Counted from the first letter of the stretch, positions 48,666 to 59,735 are shown. The stretch: DNA of 64,000 nucleotides from Abditibacteriaceae bacterium (GCA_965277285.1 OZ255721.1:2528001-2592000), one strand, 5' to 3'. Notes: generated from the letters alone by a model not told the origin. Numbers and translations: made by a program.

Positions 48666-50447
48666 TCAGTGCAAAACCGGCACATCGTCGTTCATTTCGA
48701 TGGGTGTGATCTCCCCGTTTTTTTCGTAATGAATCGGCTGAATGGCAAGGCTGCGACCTCCCGAACCAAAAGGATCACCGCCCGCTTTGGCGCTTTCCCA
48801 ACGGTGATAAACGATGTACCATCGCTTGCTCACAGGATCTTGAACAAATGCGTGATGGCCAGGGCCTTTGCGGGTTTCGTCACTCACCAGAATGGGGCCG
48901 TGATACGTCCACGGGCCGAGGGGCGAAGTTGAAGTCGCATAATGAACGGAATAGCTGGGGCTGTGCCAACCGCCGTGACTATAGGACAGATAATACAATC
49001 CATTCGCATAGTGAATGAAGACGCCTTCGGTAAATTTGGGCGGCGTTTCCACCGGCACTTCGCGGACGGTGTGCAGCAAATCATCGCTCAATTGCCAGAT
49101 GCGCAGTTTCGAGCCGCTCGAGCCACCCGCGTAAAGATAAGTCTGGCCGCTTTTAGGATCGGTAAACACCATGGGATCAATGGCCTCAAAACCATTTCCA
49201 CCCGTGACCAGAGGTTGACCGGAATCTTTGAACGGGCCGGTTGGTGAATCGGAAACTGCGACGCCGATGCGACTGGGCGTTGCGTTTTGGTCGCCGACCG
49301 CATAGTAGAAATAAAACTTGCCGTTTTTTTGCTCCAGGCAGGGCGCCCACGGAAAATGGCGCGGGTTGCCGTCAGCGTAAATCCAGGGAATGTCTTTGAA
49401 GTTCAAAATTGGCGCACTGCGCGTCCAGTTTTTCAAGTCAGTCGAGGAAAACGCGTAGAACACCCAATTGTTGTCGCCGATGTTACCACCCGTGGGATAC
49501 ATATAAAAAGTCTTTCCCACCGTCACCACGTCGGGGTCGGCGCCCCTAAACAGCTTGACATCCTGTGCCGGTTCGGTCTTTATGAGCGGCGCCGTGACGC
49601 CCGCGCCGCCTCGCGTGGCAAACAAAAATTGCGCAGGTTGTAGCGCTCGGTCGCTCAAGCGCACTTCGTCCAGTCGCCCGTACATCCAGTTGGTTGGTGC
49701 TTTGTCCCAGCCGCGTCCCAAAACGAAAGACCCCGAGACAACGTTAAGAGCGCCATGAATCGCTGTTTTTCCAACGAGTTGATAACCCCGACCGTCGAGC
49801 GCGTCCACATACAATGTCATCTCGTCGCTGGTGGCGGTCGCCGCGATGTTATACCAGCGCCGAACTTGAAGCGTGGCGGGCGTGACAATTTCTTTGAACT
49901 CGTTCGCGCCATCGACAATTTCCAGGTGTAAATCGTAGTTTTCGCCGCCGTCGCGGTTCGTGGCCACAAGCTGCAGCGGGCCACTCCTTTCGTTGTCAGA
50001 CTTTTGGCCGCCAAGTATGGAACCGTCGCGCCCTAATAAGCCCGTTCTGCCATCGAAGGCTTCCAAACGAACCGAAAGTTCAATTGTCCAGGCGTTTGAT
50101 CCTGTTGGACTGAAGTTGAAAGTGTTGAGGAACCCTTTACGCGAAAGCAAATCGTCATTGCCGCGAAATTCGGCGCTCTCGTGATTGGTGACACCGCTTT
50201 GCGCAACTGAAGAAAACGGTGCATCGTCGACTTCGATGGGCTGCGAAAAACTGTCCGTTGAAACGAGGTTATTGCCCTGCCCCGAATAGTCGCGCACACC
50301 CGCGCCGCGCCCAAGAGGTTTCCCTTTTTTGGCGTCATCGAAACGCCAGTAAGCGAGAGTTCTGGCCTGCACGGGCGTTGAGTTGCCAAGCGCGCCGCCC
50401 GAAAGCAACAATGCGCCGCCAAGTAAAACCTTGATAAATCGTGTCAT
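48666..50447 (-). CDS. Secreted LamG-like plus GH43 glycoside hydrolase
   Basis: GRLDEVRLSDRAL (LamG); ADP, WAP, AIDP, FTEG, GPGHH (GH43). Confidence 0.85.
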   Translation of the reverse strand: MTRFIKVLLGGALLLSGGALGNSTPVQARTLAYWRFDDAKKGKPLGRGAGVRDYSGQGNNLVSTDSFSQPIEVDDAPFSSVAQSGVTNHESAEFRGNDDLLSRKGFLNTFNFSPTGSNAWTIELSVRLEAFDGRTGLLGRDGSILGGQKSDNERSGPLQLVATNRDGGENYDLHLEIVDGANEFKEIVTPATLQVRRWYNIAATATSDEMTLYVDALDGRGYQLVGKTAIHGALNVVSGSFVLGRGWDKAPTNWMYGRLDEVRLSDRALQPAQFLFATRGGAGVTAPLIKTEPAQDVKLFRGADPDVVTVGKTFYMYPTGGNIGDNNWVFYAFSSTDLKNWTRSAPILNFKDIPWIYADGNPRHFPWAPCLEQKNGKFYFYYAVGDQNATPSRIGVAVSDSPTGPFKDSGQPLVTGGNGFEAIDPMVFTDPKSGQTYLYAGGSSGSKLRIWQLSDDLLHTVREVPVETPPKFTEGVFIHYANGLYYLSYSHGGWHSPSYSVHYATSTSPLGPWTYHGPILVSDETRKGPGHHAFVQDPVSKRWYIVYHRWESAKAGGDPFGSGGRSLAIQPIHYEKNGEITPIEMNDDVPVLH

Positions 50448-50869
50448 AAAAAAGGGTAAGATAAGAAGTTTTTGGTCGCAGGTACGTCCAAAAATGGGAT
50501 AGTCAGTCTAAACAACAATGGATTATAACGAGTTGCAAAAACTTCTGAACCAATTGGTTCAGGCACCTTTGTCACAGTTTAAATCTCCGCTTTAGCGCCG
50601 CAAAACGGCTTGGCAAAGGAACCGACGACGCGTTGTGTTTTGGCCAGAACGCCTTACGTGGATTTCTTTGCTCGAAAATTGTGTCATCCGCATTTGCACA
50701 AAATGACGAATTTGAATCCACAACGGTAATGCTCCAATCGTGGCTTAATCGAACGGAAACAAACGTGCCTCAACATTTTACGTGCGTGCAAGAACTGAGA
50801 AATCGCGCGCGGCTACATTTGTAGGGTAACGCAACGCGGCAACTGCAAATTGAGAAAGGAGTTCGGTTT

Positions 50870-51832
50870 ATGTGTGGCATCGCGGGCATTTTACAGCGCA
50901 ACGGGAACGGCGATTATCCGGTCGGGCAATCGTTGCTGGCGATGGCGCGGTGCCTTCAACACCGAGGCGCCGATTCCGCCGGAGTCGCCGTTTTCGGCGC
51001 ACGCCAAAATCAACCTCATCTGCAAATCGCTTTGCCTTTGGGTGCCAACGAATTGTCGCCCGCCACTTTATCGCACTTGAGCGCCGGACGATTGCACGAC
51101 ATCCAACGCGAACGTGGCGGCTTCACAGCCGAAATGGAAGCGCCGAACACGGCGGTTTTGGACGCGCCATCCTGTTTCGAGTACTCGAAACAGCCGGAAC
51201 TGGGCGGCAACGCGCTGGCGGACGCGGCTTTCATTCAAGATTTGGAAGCGCATTTGAACGGCGCCACGATTTCTTCGATGGGACGCGCAATGAACGTTTA
51301 TAAAGCGGTCGGGCGCGTCGATGAACTGAGCGCGCAAATGTCCGCGTTGACGGGAACGCATGGTATCGCGCATCTGCGATTGGCGACTGAAAGCCGCATT
51401 GATCCGGCGCACGCGCAGCCGTTCTGGGGACGACCTTACGCCGACATCGCAGTGACGCACAACGGCCACATCACCAATTACCATAAGCTGCGGAACCAAT
51501 TTGAGGCGCGCGGTTTCAGTTTCGCTTCGCACAACGACAGCGAAATTATCGGCGTTTACCTGGGCGAAAAAATGGACGAAGGCGCTACTCTTTCCGAAGC
51601 CTTGAAAGTCGCCGCCGTCGAATTGGACGGTTCGTTTTCGTTCATCGTGGCGACGGCGAACGCCTTAGGCGTAGCGCGCGATCCGTTGGCGACCAAGCCG
51701 TTGTTGTATGTCGAAACCGAAGACGTGGTCGCGCTCGCTTCGGAGCCGCAGGCGCTTTATCGAGTACTCGGAAATGGCGTGCGCATCCGCGAAATCAAAC
51801 CAAAGGAGACGCGTGTATGGGAGCTGGCTTAA
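50870..51832 (+). CDS. glxB: Class II glutamine amidotransferase-like subunit of N-methylglutamate synthase (MgsA/GlxB)
   Basis: MCGIAG, QHRGADSAG, AHLRLATES, HNGHITN, NDSE. Confidence 0.8.
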   Translation: MCGIAGILQRNGNGDYPVGQSLLAMARCLQHRGADSAGVAVFGARQNQPHLQIALPLGANELSPATLSHLSAGRLHDIQRERGGFTAEMEAPNTAVLDAPSCFEYSKQPELGGNALADAAFIQDLEAHLNGATISSMGRAMNVYKAVGRVDELSAQMSALTGTHGIAHLRLATESRIDPAHAQPFWGRPYADIAVTHNGHITNYHKLRNQFEARGFSFASHNDSEIIGVYLGEKMDEGATLSEALKVAAVELDGSFSFIVATANALGVARDPLATKPLLYVETEDVVALASEPQALYRVLGNGVRIREIKPKETRVWELA

Positions 51833-52620
51833 GCACTCTCGACTGTGCCGCGCACACCACGCGCGAAATCAATAGTTGGCTAAAATCGGCGGCGCGCGGC
51901 GTGGCGCAATATCGTGACACGATGCAAATTGGAGAAGCGACCAGCGATGCACATTTGGCGGACGATGACATGTCAAATTCGCACTCCAGCGAAGCCGATG
52001 TCGTGTTGCTCAACCCCGATAGTCGTCACAACCTTGCAGTCGGCTTGATAACGCCATTGCGCGTTCGCATCGAAGGCCCAGTCGGTTATTATTGCGCGGG
52101 ACTTTGCGATGGCGTGGATGTGCGCATCAGCGGCGGCGCCGGTTGGGGATTGGCGGAAAACCTGATGGGCGGCAGAGTTTGGCTGCGCGATTCGGCAGGC
52201 AGTTCCGCTGGCGCGACGATGCGCGGCGGCGAACTGTTAGTCGGTGGTGATGCCGGTGCGCGTTGCGCGGTCGCCATGAAGGGCGGAACTCTGGTCGTCG
52301 GCGGCGATGTCGGCATTATGACGGGCTTTATGATGCAAAAAGGCGTGCTGATCGTCGGCGGCGACGCCGGAGAAGCGCTCGGCGATTCGCTCTATGAAGG
52401 CAAAATTTATGTGCGCGGCACTATCGAAAGTTTGGGCAGCGACGCGCACATCGTCGAAATGATGGAAGACGACGCGCAAATGCTCAGTCGAGTACTCGAA
52501 GGCTGCGAAATATCGTCTTTAAGCGGCGCGAAGCCAGGTGACTTCAAGAAAGTCGAATCGGCCAAGCGCCTTTACAATTTCAACACTAAGGAAAAGGAGA
52601 TTTGGAAAAGCGCGCTGTGA
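51817..52620 (+). CDS. glxC: GXGXG beta-helix subunit (MgsB/GlxC)
   Basis: GPVGYYCAG, GWGLAENLMGG, AGEALGDSLYEG, SAKRLYNF. Confidence 0.85.
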   Translation: MGAGLSTLDCAAHTTREINSWLKSAARGVAQYRDTMQIGEATSDAHLADDDMSNSHSSEADVVLLNPDSRHNLAVGLITPLRVRIEGPVGYYCAGLCDGVDVRISGGAGWGLAENLMGGRVWLRDSAGSSAGATMRGGELLVGGDAGARCAVAMKGGTLVVGGDVGIMTGFMMQKGVLIVGGDAGEALGDSLYEGKIYVRGTIESLGSDAHIVEMMEDDAQMLSRVLEGCEISSLSGAKPGDFKKVESAKRLYNFNTKEKEIWKSAL

Positions 52621-52896
52621 TTGGCGGCGCCCTATCATTCAGCGACTTCGTGGCGCAGAAGTTACTGGCTCTTTGTAAGGACATGGCTTGCCATATCCGA
52701 TGCTGCGATTTTCAATGCGTGAATTGGTACGATGCAGACATGGCAAGCCATGTCCCTACGCAAATTGCGCAACAACCCGTTCCTCGCACAATCGAGTACT
52801 CGAAAGAGTAATTCGACTTGCAAAAAATAGTCTACGCCGGACGCTCGCCACCACCTCTGGAAAAGTTGAAGCGAGCGCCGGAGCAGGAGGTACATT

Positions 52897-54378
52897 ATGA
52901 ATGTTCCCGAATCGTCTGCCAACGACAAGGAATTGTGGATTAACGATCCCGACCGCGAAGTCGAGCGCACTGGCACGCTCGAAGGCCACGCGCTGGAGCG
53001 TCACGTCACTTGGAAATCGGCGGCTGTGATCTCGATGGGCGGCTCGATTTTAGTCGCCGTTTCATTGGGTTCGATGGCCGCCGACCTGGGCGCCGCTTCG
53101 GTGTTCGTGTGGACTTTCACCGGTATTTTGGGCGTGTTGCAATGCCTGCTAATCGCGGAAATGGCCGGTATGTTCCCGCACAAAAGCGGCGGCACCGCGA
53201 CTTATACACACGAAGCGTTCAAGCACAAGTCGCCGCTTCCGGGCGCGATTTCCAACTGGGGCTACTGGCTGGGCTGGATTCCCGTCATTCCGGTCAATCT
53301 CGTCCTCATCGCCGGTTATCTCAAAGGCACGATTATGCCGGGCGCCAATACTTTGGTCGTGGCGATCGTGCTGGCGATGGTGCTTTACACCATCAACTAT
53401 TTTGGACTCAAGCCCGGCCTGTGGTCGAGCATTGTGATGGCGGTTTGCGCGATGGGGCCGCTGGCTGTGATCGCGCTGTCGCCGATTTTTCGACAGTCGC
53501 TGTTTCATGCGGCTTACGTATTTCCGATGAAGCCGCTCAACGGTTCGTGGTCGAGTGGCACATCGTGGCTGCTCATCTTCAAGTGGATGTTTATCGCGGT
53601 CTGGTCGAGCTACGCCTTTGAATCGGCTTCGAGCGTGATGGCAGAACTGAAAGACCCGACCAAAGAAGGCCCCAAAGCGATGATCGCAGCGAGCGTGGTT
53701 GGCATGTTCGCTTATGGTGCCGTGCCGTTCATGTTGCTGGCGATGGTCGGCGTCGAAGTGTTATCGAAAGACCCAAGCGTCGCGTTCTTGCCCGCCGCGA
53801 CCGCGATTTTCGGAAAAACTGGCGCCTCCATCGTCGTCGTTATGCTGATTGCGGCTTTGCTGCTGGGTTCGCAAACCGCGATTATCGGTTCGTCGCGCAC
53901 GGTTTACGAAATGAGCCGCGACGGATTGACACTCAAGCAGTTCGGGCATTTGAACAAGTTCGGCGTGCCCGATAAAGGCATGCTGTGGGATTGCAGCATC
54001 ACGCTGTTGATGTTGCTGGTGTTCAAGGACAACGTCATTAACATGGTCAGCGCGTCCGCCGTTGGCTACCTGATGGTGTGGATGTTGTTGCCGCTGTCGT
54101 TTATGCTGCTGCGCAAAAATCAGCCGGACACGCCGCGACCGTTCAAGCTGCCAGGGATTTTTATGGGCATCGCGATGTTCTCGCTGATTTACAACTGGAT
54201 TTTGTTCTTCGTCGGTGGTTTCCAGTGGGGCGGCTTCGATTTCAAGCAGCCGTTCATGGTCGGCTTCATCATCATGGCGACCTTCATCCCGTTCTACCTG
54301 TTCCGCAAAAAAGTGCAGGATAAAGCGCCTGCGCGCGTCGTCACGCCTCTACCCGATGGCGCGGCGGAAGCGGCCTAA
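52897..54378 (+). CDS. APC family amino acid/amine permease
   Basis: About 12 TMs, FPHKSGG, SSRTVYEMSRDG, PRPFKLP. Confidence 0.85.
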   Translation: MNVPESSANDKELWINDPDREVERTGTLEGHALERHVTWKSAAVISMGGSILVAVSLGSMAADLGAASVFVWTFTGILGVLQCLLIAEMAGMFPHKSGGTATYTHEAFKHKSPLPGAISNWGYWLGWIPVIPVNLVLIAGYLKGTIMPGANTLVVAIVLAMVLYTINYFGLKPGLWSSIVMAVCAMGPLAVIALSPIFRQSLFHAAYVFPMKPLNGSWSSGTSWLLIFKWMFIAVWSSYAFESASSVMAELKDPTKEGPKAMIAASVVGMFAYGAVPFMLLAMVGVEVLSKDPSVAFLPAATAIFGKTGASIVVVMLIAALLLGSQTAIIGSSRTVYEMSRDGLTLKQFGHLNKFGVPDKGMLWDCSITLLMLLVFKDNVINMVSASAVGYLMVWMLLPLSFMLLRKNQPDTPRPFKLPGIFMGIAMFSLIYNWILFFVGGFQWGGFDFKQPFMVGFIIMATFIPFYLFRKKVQDKAPARVVTPLPDGAAEAA

Positions 54379-54474
54379 TCGAGTACTCGAATCGCAACGT
54401 GCGGGCATTGAAATGTACGGGCGAGGCATGCCTCGCCCGTACGACGCACCTCCTGACAAAACTCACATTTTCAA

Positions 54475-55836
54475 ATGTTGCGCTACTTCCCTTTTGAACA
54501 CGACGAATACGACATGCCGATGAATGCGCGCCCCGAATATGGGCCGCTCATCGAAGTCGGTGACCTGGACGAATATCGCCGCGAACTGAAGCTGAAAGAC
54601 GACATTCTCGCCGACAATTACGATTATTATTTTAAATGTCCGCCCGACGCCGAACCTTTGGCGTGGGACACTATCGCACTGCTTTTGCCCGACATGGCGA
54701 AGCATTATCCCGAACATTTTTCGCTGGACATCAACGGCGATGGTTGGACTTGGACGAATCGAGTACTCGATACAACGACCAAGTTCATTTACGGAGACGC
54801 GACGACGTTGCCTTTGCCGCCGCTCGATTGGATGGGGCGACAAGTGCAGGAAGATTTGACTTTGATGGCGATGAATTCGGACGCTTCTGAAGGCGAAACC
54901 TATTTCGCGGGCGGACATTTATGTTTTCCGGCTTCGTGGTGTCTGGAAGACAAAATGGGTCAAAGTTTCATGCGCATCCACGAAAACATTCCGGGTTTCA
55001 TGGAGCGCATCGGCCATCCTGCGATGATGATGATGCGCCGCCTGAAACCCGAACGCCCGACGGGAAGGCTGAACTGGACAGTCGCCGTGACGAATCGCTT
55101 GAACCTCTCACCCGCGACTTACGACCAATGGGTTTTCAATCGCCGCGAAATCACGGCGCAAAATGCCGGTGAACGCTGTTTTCTGCGCATTGAGCGCCAA
55201 ACCTTCGCGCGGCTGCCCAAAACCAACGGCCTTTTATTTACGATTCGCACTTACATCAACCCGATTAGCGAAGTCGTGGACGATCCGCAACGTTTGCGAC
55301 GTTTCACGGCGGTCGTCAAAGGTATTCCGCGACCGACGCGCGAATACAAAGGCATGGCGCATTTCGCCGATAAGCTGGTCGATTACCTGGAAACGCGCAT
55401 TCGCACTGAAAACAAAGCGCCGAAAAGCACCGTGCCTGGCGTGCGCAACCCGCCGATGTTAGATCACAAAACGGAGCCTGTGATGGGAAATATCTGCCTT
55501 TCGAGTACTCGAACAACGCTGTGGGAACCGATGCCGATTGACGAACCGGACTTGATCGAAGGCGACCCGACGCCGCGCGTCCATTGGCTGCGCAAAAACG
55601 AAAAAAACGAGCCGACGTATCTGGCCGGTTTGTGGTGGGTCAAGCCCGCGACTTTCAAATGGTTATTCTTCGGGCACGAAACCTTTCATGTTTTAGAAGG
55701 CCACGCTACCATTACAATTGATGACGGAACCAGCGTCGAAGTCAAAGCGGGAGACATCATTTCGTTTGCGATGAACACGCCATCGGTGTGGGAAGTTCAC
55801 GAAACACTGAAGAAAATGTTTGTAATTACAATGTGA
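54475..55836 (+). CDS. Heme-dependent oxidative N-demethylase alpha-like (DUF3445) fused to a cupin_3 domain
   Basis: GRQVQEDL, LCFPASW, IHENIP, RLNW, LRIERQTFARLP..NGLLFTIRTY; C-terminal ETFHVLEG...GD...WEVHETLKK. Confidence 0.85.
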   Translation: MLRYFPFEHDEYDMPMNARPEYGPLIEVGDLDEYRRELKLKDDILADNYDYYFKCPPDAEPLAWDTIALLLPDMAKHYPEHFSLDINGDGWTWTNRVLDTTTKFIYGDATTLPLPPLDWMGRQVQEDLTLMAMNSDASEGETYFAGGHLCFPASWCLEDKMGQSFMRIHENIPGFMERIGHPAMMMMRRLKPERPTGRLNWTVAVTNRLNLSPATYDQWVFNRREITAQNAGERCFLRIERQTFARLPKTNGLLFTIRTYINPISEVVDDPQRLRRFTAVVKGIPRPTREYKGMAHFADKLVDYLETRIRTENKAPKSTVPGVRNPPMLDHKTEPVMGNICLSSTRTTLWEPMPIDEPDLIEGDPTPRVHWLRKNEKNEPTYLAGLWWVKPATFKWLFFGHETFHVLEGHATITIDDGTSVEVKAGDIISFAMNTPSVWEVHETLKKMFVITM

Positions 55837-55972
55837 TATGCGAATAGTTCTCTGGTACGAACCCGAAGCGTAAGCGACGGGTCTTCTACGGCGTTGCAGA
55901 AGATCCGTCGCTTACGCTTCGGGTTCGTGAATCTGACTCACTTCATCGCTCTACTACAAAAAGGAACACGCA

Positions 55973-56845
55973 ATGCCAGATAACACCCAAGCCGCGATGA
56001 TGGAAAGCGCCGCGCCACATTTATCAAGCGCAACAAACGTTGATGGAGATCAAGGAGTTGTCGGCGCGTTGTGGCGTTATCCCGTTAAAAGCATGATGGG
56101 CGAAGAACTTAACGTCACGAGCGTCACAGAAAAAGGCATTTTAGGTGACCGCGCTTACGCCTTGAAAGATGCGCAGGACGGCAAAATTGTCAGCGCCAAA
56201 AACCCGCGCAAATGGCCGGATATGTTTTCGTTTCGCGCCATGTTCGAGTCGCCACCCAACGGAACGATGCCGCCTGTTCTCATCACTTTGCCAGACGGAA
56301 CGCAAATATCGAGTACTCGAAGCGACTTGAACGACGTTTTATCAGGAGGGTTCGGGCGCGCCGTGACTTTTGAAACCGTTCCGCCCGAACATCCTGAACT
56401 CGAAGAATATTGGCCAGACGGCATCGAAGGCTTGCCGCATAACGACTTTGTAACTGACGAAGGCACTTTAAGCAACACGTTTTTTGATCTTTCGACGATT
56501 CATATTCTGACGACTTCAACTCTGGAAAAATTGCGCGAATTGTATCCGCAAGGTCGCTTTGAAGTGCGCCGATTTCGCCCCAATATCGTGGTCAATACGA
56601 CAGAAAAAGGCTTTGTCGAAAACGCTTGGATAGGCAAAACCGTTTCGATTGGCGACGTGGTTTTTGAAATCACCGGCCGGTGTCCGCGCTGCGTTATGAC
56701 GACAGTTCCGCAATATGATTTGCCCAAAGACAGCGGCATTTTGCGCGCGGCGGTGCAACACAACGAAGGTGGCGTCGGCGTTTACGCCAAGGTTCTGCAA
56801 GGCGGAACGATTCGGCGCGGCGACAAAGTAACGTTGAAGAATTGA
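55973..56845 (+). CDS. MOSC domain protein
   Basis: LWRYPVKSM, GDRAYAL, RRFRPNIVV, CPRCVMTT, GVYAKV..GGTIRRGD. Confidence 0.9.
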   Translation: MPDNTQAAMMESAAPHLSSATNVDGDQGVVGALWRYPVKSMMGEELNVTSVTEKGILGDRAYALKDAQDGKIVSAKNPRKWPDMFSFRAMFESPPNGTMPPVLITLPDGTQISSTRSDLNDVLSGGFGRAVTFETVPPEHPELEEYWPDGIEGLPHNDFVTDEGTLSNTFFDLSTIHILTTSTLEKLRELYPQGRFEVRRFRPNIVVNTTEKGFVENAWIGKTVSIGDVVFEITGRCPRCVMTTVPQYDLPKDSGILRAAVQHNEGGVGVYAKVLQGGTIRRGDKVTLKN

Positions 56846-56977
56846 ACCAACAGAACCCCAAGCGTAAGCGCGGGGCTGACATTCCATTTACATCAGCCCC
56901 GCGCTTACGCTTGGGGTTCTGTTTACCAACTGCAACTCTCGAGTACTCGATTCTTAAACGTATATAAAGGAAACATC

Positions 56978-58396
56978 ATGCCGATAAACGACCGCGAGCC
57001 GTCCCGCATTTGGGATCGCGGCAGCATCAACGATATTCAGGAAAAAGCACGACTGGGACGCTACCGCATTCGCGCTTTTTCGACCGCGCGCCAGTTGCCG
57101 ACACTGGAAGACCTGACGTTTATTCCCGCCGGATTAACGCGCGTGCCACTCGAAGGCTACCGCGAAACCTGTTCGACGCGCATCACGTTGGGAACGCGCT
57201 ACGCGTCCAAGCCGCTAATTTTGGAAACGCCGATCACGATTTCCGGCATGAGTTATGGCGCGCTTTCTCGCAACGCTAAAGAAGCCTTGGGATTGGGCGC
57301 CACGCGCGCCGGAACTTCCACTTGTACGGGCGATGGCGGAATGCATCCGGTTGACCGCGAGTACTCGAAAACGCTGGTTTATCAATGTTTGCCCAGTCGC
57401 TACGGCTTTAATCCGCATGACGTGATGCGCGCCGACGCCATTGAAATCGTCGTCAGCCAGGGCGCGAAACCTGGCACTGGCGGCTTGTTATTGGGACAAA
57501 AAGTGTCGCACGAAATCGCCGCCATGCGCGATTTGCCGGACGGCGTTGACCAACGTTCGCCGTGTCGTCACCCCGATTGGATGGGGCCGGAAGATTTGGC
57601 GATCAAAATCGAAGAACTACGAGAAGCGACCAACTGGGAAAAGCCGATTTACGTCAAAATCGGTGCGGCGCGCGTTTACGAAGACGTGAAACTGGCCGCC
57701 AAAGCCGGCGCCGATTGCGTCATGGTCGATGGCATGGAAGGCGGAACCGCCGCTTCACCCGATGTCTTGCTCGATCATACCGGCATTCCAACGCTGGGCG
57801 CGATTTGCGAAGCGGTGCGCGCCCTGGAAGATTTGAAACTGACCGGCGAAGTGCAACTGATTGTTGCGGGCGGCATCAAAAGCGGCGTTGATGCGGCGAA
57901 AGCTCTCGCGCTGGGCGCTGATGCCGTAGCGATTGGAACCGCCGCGATTATCGCGCTGAATTGCAATGCGCCGATTTATCTCGAGGACTACAAAAAAATG
58001 GGTACGCAGGCTGGAAGTTGTCACCATTGCCATACGGGACGTTGTCCGGTCGGCGTGGCGACGCAAGACCCTGAATTGATGGCGCGCCTTCCCGTCGAAG
58101 AAGCCGCCGAACGCGTCGAGAACTTCTTGCACGCGATGACCTTGGAAATGCAAATTATGGCGCGCGCCTGTGGCAAAAGCCACGTCCAAAACCTCGACCG
58201 CGACGACTTGCGCGCCCTGACTTTGGAATCAGCTTTGATTACCGGCTTGCCCATCGCGGGAATGCGCGCGCCGATTCAATCGAGTACTCTTCTGCCGCTG
58301 CTGGACGCAACTTACGCCAATTCGTCGTATGCCGATGTGCGCGAAGACTTGCCGGATGCGGTTCAATCGGTCGGCACCAACGGCGGTGTCGCATGA
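56978..58396 (+). CDS. glxD: FMN-binding glutamate-synthase-like subunit (MgsC/GlxD)
   Basis: GMSYGALS, TGDGG, QGAKPG, RSPCRHPDW, CHHCHTGRCPVGVATQDP. Confidence 0.9.
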   Translation: MPINDREPSRIWDRGSINDIQEKARLGRYRIRAFSTARQLPTLEDLTFIPAGLTRVPLEGYRETCSTRITLGTRYASKPLILETPITISGMSYGALSRNAKEALGLGATRAGTSTCTGDGGMHPVDREYSKTLVYQCLPSRYGFNPHDVMRADAIEIVVSQGAKPGTGGLLLGQKVSHEIAAMRDLPDGVDQRSPCRHPDWMGPEDLAIKIEELREATNWEKPIYVKIGAARVYEDVKLAAKAGADCVMVDGMEGGTAASPDVLLDHTGIPTLGAICEAVRALEDLKLTGEVQLIVAGGIKSGVDAAKALALGADAVAIGTAAIIALNCNAPIYLEDYKKMGTQAGSCHHCHTGRCPVGVATQDPELMARLPVEEAAERVENFLHAMTLEMQIMARACGKSHVQNLDRDDLRALTLESALITGLPIAGMRAPIQSSTLLPLLDATYANSSYADVREDLPDAVQSVGTNGGVA

Positions 58397-59595
58397 CAGA
58401 TGACGTCAAAACGTGCGATGTCTTTATCGTCGGCGGCGGCTTGATGGGCTGCGCCACGGCGAACGAACTCTCTTCTCGCGGCGCGAAAGTTGTCGTAGCT
58501 GAAAAAAACAGCGCGCCCGGAACCGAAACCACCGCGCGCAGCGGCGCCATCATTCGCGCGCATTATGGCGTACCGGAATTGGTTTCGCTGTCATTAGAAG
58601 CCAACAAACGCTACGCGAATTTTCAGAAAAAGACAGGCTGCGATGTCGGCTGGACGAATTGTGGCTACGCAGTTTTGGTGGACGAAAACGATGTTCGAGT
58701 ACTCGAAACGAACGTGGCGATGCACAAAAGTCTGGGCGTCAACGTGCAACTTTTGCCGCCGCGCGAAATCAAGGAGATGGCGACCGCTTTGCGCACGCAC
58801 GACGCGGCTCTGGCCTGTTACGAACCCGACGGCGGCTACGCCAATCCCGCGCAAACTGTCGCAGCATTTTCGCAAATGGCGATTGAAAACGGCGCCACAT
58901 TCTGCTTCAACGCGCCCGTCATTTGCGCGCAACATACCGGCGACGGCTGGCAAGTTTCGCTGGGCAATGGTGACACGATTTCAACTCCACAAGTTGTGCT
59001 TTGTACCGGCAATTGGTCGCAACCTGTCGGGCACATGTTCGGTTTACATTTGCCCGTCGTGCCCGTCCGCGCTCAAATCGTGGTGATGGAACGACCTCTC
59101 AGTTTCCTCGGTTCGTTTCCCGTCATTTCCGACTTAATTAACCTCGCATATTTCCGCGAAGACGGCGATGGCGGAATGTGGGTCGGCTCGTCCGATATGT
59201 GCGATTTGAGCGAGCAATTGCCGACGCCCGAAAACTACAACGAGCAAGCTGACATGAACGCGATGGAAGCCGCGCGCCGCAAAACCGCCGCGCGTTTCAA
59301 AGGCTTCGATGCGTCTGATAAAGGCGGCATTGAGCGCGCATTTTGCGGACTTTACGAAACGACACCCGACTGGCAGCCGATTATTGACACCTTCGACAAC
59401 GTTCATGTCGCGGTTGGCTTTTCGGGTCACGGTTTCAAATTGGCGCCCGTTGTCGGCGAAGAAATGGCGCATCGCGCACTGAAAACCCTTTCGCCCTTCG
59501 CCAAAGAAACGGCGATTTTCGACTTGGCGCGCTTCAAGGAAAACCGCCCGATCAAGTCGCAGCACGTTTATCAGCGCGCCAAGTTCTTGAGATGA
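58393..59595 (+). CDS. FAD-dependent oxidoreductase, sarcosine oxidase beta / MgdA-like
   Basis: IVGGGLMG, TARSGAIIR, TPDWQPII, GFSGHGFK. Confidence 0.85.
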   Translation: MTDDVKTCDVFIVGGGLMGCATANELSSRGAKVVVAEKNSAPGTETTARSGAIIRAHYGVPELVSLSLEANKRYANFQKKTGCDVGWTNCGYAVLVDENDVRVLETNVAMHKSLGVNVQLLPPREIKEMATALRTHDAALACYEPDGGYANPAQTVAAFSQMAIENGATFCFNAPVICAQHTGDGWQVSLGNGDTISTPQVVLCTGNWSQPVGHMFGLHLPVVPVRAQIVVMERPLSFLGSFPVISDLINLAYFREDGDGGMWVGSSDMCDLSEQLPTPENYNEQADMNAMEAARRKTAARFKGFDASDKGGIERAFCGLYETTPDWQPIIDTFDNVHVAVGFSGHGFKLAPVVGEEMAHRALKTLSPFAKETAIFDLARFKENRPIKSQHVYQRAKFLR

Positions 59596-59735
59596 AAAGG
59601 GGAACACGGATTTCATACATAGATGAACACGGAATCAAAAGAAGAAATCTCAAGTACGCGATCGAATCTTTCTCTGCTCCGTGAAAACCCGTTTAATCCG
59701 TGTATGAAATCCGTGTCCTATTTTTCTTCAAATTT

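Noticed and set aside
50448..50869. Riboswitch upstream of the methylamine cluster
   Set aside because: No recognisable aptamer consensus by eye; an Rfam scan would be needed
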